Shown piece after piece: positions 57,001 to 64,000 of a stretch of 64,000 nt of DNA. The stretch's first letter is position 1; each line of letters starts with the position of its first letter. The notes beneath the pieces are model-generated. The model had not been told where the DNA came from. It was given only the letters and a program-made list of their open reading frames with translations, and searched no databases. The DNA is from an uncultured bacterium (GTDB lineage Bacteria; Patescibacteriota; Minisyncoccia; Phycocordibacterales; UBA9973), in contig CALAYS010000157.1 of NCBI GenBank assembly GCA_937895515.1, positions 12,462 through 76,461 of the forward strand, in the 5' to 3' direction. Position numbers and translations under genes: made by a program.

Positions 57001-58694
57001 ATTATTTCTTGTTGATAACACTTTTCACAATAAACTATTTCTGGCCTATTAGGGGCATATGAAGTAAAAATACTATCATTACATTTGGCGCAGTTTCTAT
57101 TGTAAAAAAATGGCATATTAAGTCTAGACATTCTCCTGTTATGTCTACAGTCTGTACAATTTCTAGGGATAGGTAAATTTATTTTTTTTAATAAATCAAA
57201 TTCACCTGTACCAATTTTATAAGGTTTACTACATTCCACACAAGACAATATCTGATCAATTATTGAAATATCTATATCATTAATACTATCTGGAATATCT
57301 TGAGAATATAATGTTGGTGTAATATTGTTTATATTTTTTTCTGTATACTTAAATCCTTCATTTAAAATTTCTTCTTTATTTAAATCAAAATATTGAATAG
57401 CGTAAGATTCATTATAAGAAAAAGGTGACAAATCATAAGGTAAAAATTCACCATATTTAAATACTCTACCCTTTTTATCTATATAAGGATTTTTTTCAAG
57501 ATCTTCTATTATTTTTTTGCGAAGAATAAAATAATCTTCTTTAGAATATTGTTTATTAAGTATACAGTATTCTTTTTTCCTTAAATTAACACAACCAAAA
57601 CAATTAGATACATTAACACAATACATTGCATATTCTACATTACTACAGTTATTCCAGGACCCGGCACAATATTTTGAACCATTTACCCCTTCACCTACTG
57701 TAATTGAATCAATGCAGTAAGATATATTGTGCCCCCATTCGGAAATATCATAACATTCTTTTGTTGTACCTAATGTTACGAATTGGCAATATTTAGAATC
57801 CTCTAAAGATATTGCTTGGTAACAGTTTTTTGAATTTTTAGAATTATAAATATATTCACCAGAAGAATCAAAATTCAATCTTTCGTAAGAAAATCTTTTA
57901 GGAAAAGATAGCCAAAATTTATAAATATTTTTTTGTATTTCTTTATGCGTTGTATATTTATCTAATCCAAGATTATTAAACCTGTTTTGCCATTCTTCTT
58001 TTGATAGTTGTTCATTAAACCAAACATTATTTCTATTTCTTAAATTTACACAACCAAAACAATTTGTACAAGCGTGGCAGTCTTTAGAATACCAAACATT
58101 TAAAGATTCAGGACAATTATCGGAAAAGAATCTTCGACTACCATCACCCGCTATACATTCATATGATAATTCACTATTATTAGTCATAGTCATTTCAGCG
58201 CATTCTCTGGAATGGACAATAGTTGAACTATTATAAACATTTTCACAATAATCAGCATTAAAAATTAAATGACAATTTTTTAAAGCTCCAGCATGGTTAA
58301 CATATTCACTATTAACTAATGACTGATAGTCAACAATCAAATTTTGAAATGGGGTTTTATTTCTAAGCTCTAAATATTGCTCAAAGAAATTTCGGTTAGG
58401 GTCATAATCTATACCATAGTCTGTTCCTTCCCATCCATCGCTCCACCAACATTTACCACAATAAACTTTTAGCCCACCTTCCTCGGAAAAAATTGATAAT
58501 ATATTTTTATCACAAAGCCCACATTTTCTTTTATATAAATTGCGCTCATTACGAAACATTAATCGACGCTGTAGTCTACAATCCGGACAAAATGTCGGTG
58601 CCGGGACACCTATTTTATCGTAAAAATCAAAATCCTCTGGTTCAATAATAAAGTTTTGCTTACAGTTCTGGCAGTTACGATTTTCTATTTCCAT
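56997..58694 (-). CDS. large multi-zinc-ribbon Cys-rich protein (565 aa, 35 Cys)
   Basis: Paired CxxC...CxxC modules at both termini (NCQNC..FCPDCR..KCGLC..YCGKC and SCVEC..NCTDCR..NCAKC..YCEKC). Two internal modules end in NCFGCVNLR. Confidence 0.75.
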   Translation of the reverse strand: MEIENRNCQNCKQNFIIEPEDFDFYDKIGVPAPTFCPDCRLQRRLMFRNERNLYKRKCGLCDKNILSIFSEEGGLKVYCGKCWWSDGWEGTDYGIDYDPNRNFFEQYLELRNKTPFQNLIVDYQSLVNSEYVNHAGALKNCHLIFNADYCENVYNSSTIVHSRECAEMTMTNNSELSYECIAGDGSRRFFSDNCPESLNVWYSKDCHACTNCFGCVNLRNRNNVWFNEQLSKEEWQNRFNNLGLDKYTTHKEIQKNIYKFWLSFPKRFSYERLNFDSSGEYIYNSKNSKNCYQAISLEDSKYCQFVTLGTTKECYDISEWGHNISYCIDSITVGEGVNGSKYCAGSWNNCSNVEYAMYCVNVSNCFGCVNLRKKEYCILNKQYSKEDYFILRKKIIEDLEKNPYIDKKGRVFKYGEFLPYDLSPFSYNESYAIQYFDLNKEEILNEGFKYTEKNINNITPTLYSQDIPDSINDIDISIIDQILSCVECSKPYKIGTGEFDLLKKINLPIPRNCTDCRHNRRMSRLNMPFFYNRNCAKCNDSIFTSYAPNRPEIVYCEKCYQQEII

Positions 58695-58727
58695 GGTATT
58701 TATAACTTTATAAAACTTAAACTTTTA

Positions 58728-60194
58728 CTAGATCAAAGGTTCACTTTCAACTTTAGGAGCAGAAGCTGAAGATGCATCATTATGTTGTCCGGGTTTGTTT
58801 GAAATTGCGGCTTTTTCTTGGGCAGATCTTACAATTAGGTTTTCATCTTCTTCCATTATGCGTTTAACTTCCTCTACTGGTACCGCAAATTGATTCCGTG
58901 AAGCTTCGATAATTCTTTCTCTATATGATGGGTGTACCGCGGGCAAGACTTTTAATGTCTCCGCGGAGAATGGGTCATATGATTCCCCATCAATTGTCAT
59001 TTTTATATAAAATTCACCAACACCCAGGTTAATCATGTCTTTAACATCAAAAATTGGAGCATATTCGGGTTTAAGTTTAACAGCATCTTCCCCACCAATA
59101 CGAAATGTAATCATGGATCCCACATTACCCATTACAGCTTGCTGAACTTTGGGTAATAATTGGTTAACATACTGGTGAGCAACAGTTAAATTAAGACCAT
59201 ATTTACGAGCCTCGGATAAAATATTTTCAAAAGTATCAGTAACCAAGTTTTGGAACTCGTCCACATATAGGTAAAAATCATTTCGGTCTTCTTTAGCTAA
59301 TTTAGCTCGAGACATACCAGCTTGTTTGATTTTAGTAATAAACATCGCTCCAAAAAATGACGCATTCTCTTCCCCAATTTTACCTTTGGAAAGATTAATC
59401 AAAATTATTTTTTGATCATTCATTAATTTTTCCAAATCAACTTTGTTACCTTTTTGCCCAAAAATATGTCTTAGCATTGGGTCTGATAGAAATTGTCCTA
59501 ATTTATTAACCAATGGAATAATAGCATCAGTATCAAATTTTTCTGACCAGTCGGCAAATTCAATTGCCCAGAATCTTTTTACCATATCATCTTCAATATA
59601 TTCCACAACCTTTTGACGATAGTTACGGTCAGTTAGCATTGAAATCATCCCTCGCATTGTGGCGTATGGATAGTCCAGCAGCGCCAATGTTGTAAAACGA
59701 AAAACGTGTTCCAACCGGGGTGTCCAGTTAGACCCGAATTGTTTCTTTAAGACTTCAATTAATCCTTGGGTTAATTGGTGTTTAAATGTTGGGTCAACAT
59801 TAGCTAATGGATTAAACGATACTGGGTAATCATCATCTGACGGATCAATAATACAAACATCATTAATTCTATCTTCTGGTACAAATTCTAAAATATCATC
59901 AATTAATTCACCATGGGGGTCAATAACACAAACACCATAGCCATAAGCTATGTCTTGACGAATCATTAATTCTTGCAGTTTAGATTTACCAACACCAGAT
60001 TTACCAACAATATATAAATGGCGGCGACGGTCAATTCTTTTAATTCCAAATACATATTTTTTTTCTTCAAGTGCAGCAACATAGTTTGTTCGTCCAATAA
60101 AACAAACCTCGCGTGGGTCAATATCACCCAATACTGGCAGTTCTGGTGGTGGTGGAGCATATTTAATTATTTGTATTTTATTTGAATTTCCCAT
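58728..60194 (-). CDS. VirD4/TraD-like (T4SS coupling-protein-type) P-loop NTPase without a TM anchor
   Basis: Walker A GKSGVGKS, IDPHGEL, Walker B FYLYVDEFQN, AHQY. No hydrophobic N-terminus. Confidence 0.75.
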   Translation of the reverse strand: MGNSNKIQIIKYAPPPPELPVLGDIDPREVCFIGRTNYVAALEEKKYVFGIKRIDRRRHLYIVGKSGVGKSKLQELMIRQDIAYGYGVCVIDPHGELIDDILEFVPEDRINDVCIIDPSDDDYPVSFNPLANVDPTFKHQLTQGLIEVLKKQFGSNWTPRLEHVFRFTTLALLDYPYATMRGMISMLTDRNYRQKVVEYIEDDMVKRFWAIEFADWSEKFDTDAIIPLVNKLGQFLSDPMLRHIFGQKGNKVDLEKLMNDQKIILINLSKGKIGEENASFFGAMFITKIKQAGMSRAKLAKEDRNDFYLYVDEFQNLVTDTFENILSEARKYGLNLTVAHQYVNQLLPKVQQAVMGNVGSMITFRIGGEDAVKLKPEYAPIFDVKDMINLGVGEFYIKMTIDGESYDPFSAETLKVLPAVHPSYRERIIEASRNQFAVPVEEVKRIMEEDENLIVRSAQEKAAISNKPGQHNDASSASAPKVESEPLI

Positions 60195-60196
60195 AA

Positions 60197-61333
60197 TTAA
60201 TTATCAAGCTCGTGTGATTCTCCTGTTAATACTGCAATGCGGGCTATTTCCATAGCGGCATCAATATTTCCAATATCAAAAGTTGCTTTATGCATTTTAG
60301 TCCAAACAGATTCATGCATTAAAATACTATTAACTTCAGATATAAATAAATGTGGCAATGCGTTGACTTCTTCCATTATAATACCTGCTCCAATTTCAGC
60401 ATAATGAATAGCATTTTTATGTTGATGGTTACCATTAGAATGAGTTATAGGTATAACTATTGCTGGTATGTGCCAAGTTGCAATTTCAAACAAGGTTGAA
60501 CCAGCTCGTGACACCACAAGAGACGAAATAGCTGCAGCATGCCTTGTATCAACTGCATTTAAAAATGGTTTTATAATATAACGATTTTTATAAGGATGAT
60601 TTTCTAGAATTACGCTGGATTCATTCTTAACATTAATTTCATTATTTACTCCACATTGATGGATTATTTGATATGTTTTTAAAAGTTCACTTAATGATTC
60701 CATTACAAGATCATTTATTTTTTCAGCACCTTGGGACCCAGCATATACAAAAATTGTTGGTATATGTTGATCTAAATTATAGTATTCTGCACCATCAGCA
60801 GTTGTGGGTAAATGCATTAATTCATTACGGATTGGTAAACCAACAACAGCTGTTTTTGTTTTGTCAAAAAATTCTTCAGCATCTTTATAAGAAAGAGCAA
60901 TATTTTTAGCAAACTTCCCTGCCCACATATTAACTCGTCCAGGATGAGTATCTGACTCATGAATAACTACTGGAATATTTAACATTCTTGCAGCAAAAAG
61001 AGCCGGAAATGACCCATGTCCACCCTTGGCAATAACTACATCTGGATATAAGAAAAATAATTTAAATAAAGCTTGCACTAAACCAATTGCAACTTTGAAC
61101 ATATCCGTAAAATTTTTAAACGAAGGATATATCCGCAATTTACCAGTGGAGACGGATATAAATTTTATTTCATTTTCAGTCAAAGCCTTTTGATCATAAG
61201 GATCACTAGACATATAATAAAGTTCTACTTTCCCAAGCTTGCGCTCACGAGACAAAGTATGTATTCTCTCTGCTATTGCTATTAGTGGATAAAAATGTCC
61301 ACCTGATCCGCCACCAGTTAAAAGTATTTTCAT
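60197..61333 (-). CDS. murG: undecaprenyldiphospho-muramoylpentapeptide beta-N-acetylglucosaminyltransferase MurG
   Basis: Start trimmed to ATG 61333 (MKILLTGGGSGGHFYPLIAIAE). HESD and RAGSTLFE motifs. Confidence 0.9.
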   Translation of the reverse strand: MKILLTGGGSGGHFYPLIAIAERIHTLSRERKLGKVELYYMSSDPYDQKALTENEIKFISVSTGKLRIYPSFKNFTDMFKVAIGLVQALFKLFFLYPDVVIAKGGHGSFPALFAARMLNIPVVIHESDTHPGRVNMWAGKFAKNIALSYKDAEEFFDKTKTAVVGLPIRNELMHLPTTADGAEYYNLDQHIPTIFVYAGSQGAEKINDLVMESLSELLKTYQIIHQCGVNNEINVKNESSVILENHPYKNRYIIKPFLNAVDTRHAAAISSLVVSRAGSTLFEIATWHIPAIVIPITHSNGNHQHKNAIHYAEIGAGIIMEEVNALPHLFISEVNSILMHESVWTKMHKATFDIGNIDAAMEIARIAVLTGESHELDN

Positions 61334-61334
61334 A

Positions 61335-63686
61335 TTACAAACTTGCCTGTTTAGACAGGTCATCATTATCTTTTTCGAATAATTTTTTTAATACATCTTC
61401 CGGAACTTCCTTTTTAGGTGTTCTTTTGCTGTATTTTTCCGGAGGCTTGGGAACCTCTAATTCGATCTTATCTTCATAGAATTTTTCAACTTTTGTTACT
61501 TCTTCTTTTACAATTTCATCCTTCTTTTCATTAACTATATTAGGTGTGTTATTTATATTTTCAGTTTTTGTCTGATTTACAATAGGAGCTGTTTTAACAT
61601 TAGAAACATTTGCAACATTATTCACTAAATTTTTTAGCATCTGTTGTGATTCATATGTTGCGGCTTTGGGAGTAACAGATGCCACAGGCTTTGGAACTTC
61701 AATTTTATCTTCTATAACCGGAGTATTAACTGTTTGTTTAAGCTCGGCAACTTTGGGATGAATTGTTATTTTTTGTGGATCAGACTTTATTGGTGTTACA
61801 GGTTTAGGCGGATTTGTAGATGATGTTGGATTTGCTTGTGTAATTGTACCTAATAAATCCTTTAAAGTCGTAAAGCCTTCTTTGTCTTTTTCATCTTTAA
61901 TTGGAACCATAGCTGGTTTAGATTGAGTTAGAGTTTGGTATTTATTGTTTAAGTTATTATTTGAATTCAACGTAGGTTTACTATTTTGTACAAATGTTTT
62001 TGGTGTTGGCGTATTTGAAAATGTTTTGGGTGTTTCTTTTTTATAATCTTTTTGTATAAAAGATGGTTTGTTATTTGTAATAATTGTTGGTTGATATTCA
62101 ATACCCATTGCCGCTAATGCTTCGGCGGGTTTAGGCCCATCATTTAAATTTTTATCATAAAATCCTTTGGCTGGTTTTAGTTCCCCTACTTTTATTTTAC
62201 TTAAACAATCTTTACAATAAATAGGTTTACCGGCTTTGGGTTCAAAAGGTACAACAATTTCCTTGTTACAGTTAACACATACAGCAGGATACATTTTATT
62301 TGTTGGAGTATTACTATAAGGATTTGAATTCGTATTTTCTTTATTAGCAATGATTGTTCCACCAGCAGTTGAACTCCAAGAGTTAATTGCCGCTTCAACA
62401 ACATTCTGCGGGCGACAATAAATTTCACGAGATCTTTTAATTGCAGCTTCGGTACTGTCTTCTAATCCATCGTTAATTCTTATTGGTGGCAAAGTATTTG
62501 CTGAAAAAGGCCGGCTAGTAATACCATCAATCATTAATTTTAAATAAATCTCATAGTTTGGAAGACCAATAAAATCTTCAGGAATAAATTCTGGAGCAAA
62601 TTCTTTTTCTAAAACCTTGGCATCTTCTGCTCCGATACGAAAAATTATCATTGACCCCACGTTACCAAAAACTGCATCTTTTAAATCACCCCCATCTTTG
62701 GTTTCAATTTGAGCAGTATATTGATGAGCCAGTGTTAAACAAAGACGGTATTTACGAGCTTCAGACAAAATACTTGCAAAAGATTCTGTCGCAAAGTTTT
62801 GGAATTCATCAACATATAAATAAAAATCGCGTCTCTCTTCTTCTGGAATACGAACACGCTCCATGGCCGCTAGTTGCAATTTAGTAATAATCATTGCACC
62901 AAGAAGAGCCGAGTTATCTTCACCAATACGGCCTTTGGATACATTAACAAGGAAAATTTTTCCTTCATTCATTAAATTAAAAACATCAATAGTACTTTCT
63001 TGTTGACCAACGATATTTCGAATAATCGATGATGAAAGAAATTGCCCAACTTTATTTTGAATCGGAGCAATGGCTTCGTTACGGAATTGTTCTTTCCATT
63101 GTTCGTATTCATGAACCCAAAAAGCCTTAACCATTGGGTCTTTTAAATTATTAATTATGACTTGGCGATAGTCTTTATCAACTAACATCCGAGTAATACC
63201 CAGTAGTGTTGTATTAGGAGTATCCAGCAGTGCCAAAATAGTATTGTTCATAATGTATTCCATACGAGATGACCATACATTAGCCCAAATTTTTGTAAAA
63301 ATACCCATCAGCCCCGAAGCCACTAAATGTTTGTATTTAGAATCGCGTAATTCTAGTGGATTAAAACCAATACAATATTCTGTATCAGCTGGGTTAAAAT
63401 AAACAACGTCGTTTAGTCTATGTTCAGGAATGACTTTTAATACAGTCTCAACTAATTCTCCATGAGGATCAACAAGACACAAACCTTCACCATTCCAAAT
63501 ATTTTGAATAACAAGGTTTGAAATAAGCGCTGATTTACCAGTACCTGATTTACCTAATATATATAAATGTTGGCGACGATCCTTACGCTTGATACCAAAA
63601 ATTTCATTCCCACCACGAAAATTCGTACGAGCGAAATACGTAATATCACGATTCATTGGAATGTCCGGCATGTGCGGATTTTGCAT
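61335..63686 (-). CDS. VirD4/TraD-like P-loop NTPase with a C-terminal zinc ribbon and a long low-complexity tail (783 aa)
   Basis: Paralog of 58728..60194: GKSGTGKS, VDPHGEL, FYLYVDEFQN, AHQY. CVNC-x20-CKDC at residues 470-494. N/T/P/K-rich tail. Confidence 0.75.
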   Translation of the reverse strand: MQNPHMPDIPMNRDITYFARTNFRGGNEIFGIKRKDRRQHLYILGKSGTGKSALISNLVIQNIWNGEGLCLVDPHGELVETVLKVIPEHRLNDVVYFNPADTEYCIGFNPLELRDSKYKHLVASGLMGIFTKIWANVWSSRMEYIMNNTILALLDTPNTTLLGITRMLVDKDYRQVIINNLKDPMVKAFWVHEYEQWKEQFRNEAIAPIQNKVGQFLSSSIIRNIVGQQESTIDVFNLMNEGKIFLVNVSKGRIGEDNSALLGAMIITKLQLAAMERVRIPEEERRDFYLYVDEFQNFATESFASILSEARKYRLCLTLAHQYTAQIETKDGGDLKDAVFGNVGSMIIFRIGAEDAKVLEKEFAPEFIPEDFIGLPNYEIYLKLMIDGITSRPFSANTLPPIRINDGLEDSTEAAIKRSREIYCRPQNVVEAAINSWSSTAGGTIIANKENTNSNPYSNTPTNKMYPAVCVNCNKEIVVPFEPKAGKPIYCKDCLSKIKVGELKPAKGFYDKNLNDGPKPAEALAAMGIEYQPTIITNNKPSFIQKDYKKETPKTFSNTPTPKTFVQNSKPTLNSNNNLNNKYQTLTQSKPAMVPIKDEKDKEGFTTLKDLLGTITQANPTSSTNPPKPVTPIKSDPQKITIHPKVAELKQTVNTPVIEDKIEVPKPVASVTPKAATYESQQMLKNLVNNVANVSNVKTAPIVNQTKTENINNTPNIVNEKKDEIVKEEVTKVEKFYEDKIELEVPKPPEKYSKRTPKKEVPEDVLKKLFEKDNDDLSKQASL

Positions 63687-63700
63687 ATATTTGTATCTAA

Positions 63701-63709
63701 ATTATAGCA
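63701..63709 (-). promoter_or_regulatory. extended -10 TGcTATAAT, 14 nt before ATG 63686
   Basis: Follows the rplU terminator. Heads the VirD4-like/murG operon. Confidence 0.55.
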
Positions 63710-63760
63710 TAAAAGTTTTTTGTATAGTAATTAAATCCCCTTTTTAAAAGCACCCCAAAT

Positions 63761-63791
63761 AAAAAACCTCATACTGTGCATGAGGTTTTTT
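63761..63791 (-). terminator. rplU terminator
   Basis: AACCTCAT-actgtgc-ATGAGGTT flanked by A and T runs. Confidence 0.75.
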
Positions 63792-63797
63792 AAGAGA

Positions 63798-64000
63798 TTA
63801 TTTTATTGCAGTAATTTTTACTTCAACAAATGGTTGTCTGTGACCATTCTTTTTAAAATATCGAGATTTTTGTAAATACTTAACTACCATTACTTTATCA
63901 GCACGGCCGATTTTTGTAACTTCAGCTGTAACGCTTGCTCCATCAATTAATGGCATACCAATAGTTGTATCTTTACCATTATCGACTAGCAAAACTTCAT
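63798..64000 (-). CDS. rplU: 50S ribosomal protein L21, N-terminus off the window
   Basis: ADKVMVVKYLQKSRYFKKNGHRQPFVEVKITAI is a typical L21 C-terminus. The ORF stays open to the window edge. Confidence 0.85.
   Translation of the reverse strand, partial: EVLLVDNGKDTTIGMPLIDGASVTAEVTKIGRADKVMVVKYLQKSRYFKKNGHRQPFVEVKITAIK

Overview
AT-rich (roughly one-third G+C by eye), very gene-dense chromosomal window using the standard genetic code. TAA stops dominate and I saw only one TGA stop. Content is almost entirely housekeeping:
- Division, shape and wall: ftsZ, ftsA, mreB, murG, mltG and an Mpl/MurC-like ligase.
- Translation: typA, alaS, gltX, prfA, frr, S21, L31, L9, L27, L21, tRNA-Val, tRNA-Ile, mnmA, trhO, rsmI, ybeY.
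- Other: dnaK-trmH-dnaJ, a complete F1Fo ATP synthase operon, trxB, asnB, an MsbA-like ABC exporter, plus many lineage-specific membrane-anchored hypotheticals.

Several conserved proteins are reduced: a 627-aa AlaS, a PriA without a P-loop, and a 134-aa delta subunit. Together with a PaaX-like regulator, a sigma-region-4/HARE-HTH protein and TM-less VirD4/TraD-like ATPases, this fits a Patescibacteria/CPR (Parcubacteria-like) genome. That assignment is inference only. I found no rRNA, CRISPR, transposase or integrase.

Most notable observations:
1. The ATP synthase gamma ORF carries a C-terminal copy of the delta (OSCP) C-terminal domain, and the stand-alone delta is N-terminally truncated.
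2. A minus-strand operon places murG between two paralogous TM-less VirD4/TraD-like P-loop NTPases, followed by a 565-aa protein with 35 Cys and multiple zinc ribbons.
3. Extended -10 boxes (consensus ATGCTAnAAT) sit 6-9 nt from the start codon of most operon-leading genes, implying leaderless mRNAs.
4. tRNA-Ile ends 1 nt before the first atp-operon ATG.
5. A 21-nt GC-rich palindromic element is inserted in-frame (NPPAGGK) in both priA and holB, forming inverted repeats around mreB.
6. An identical 20-bp AT palindrome occurs at two promoter regions.

All coordinates come from hand counting, and no database search was possible.
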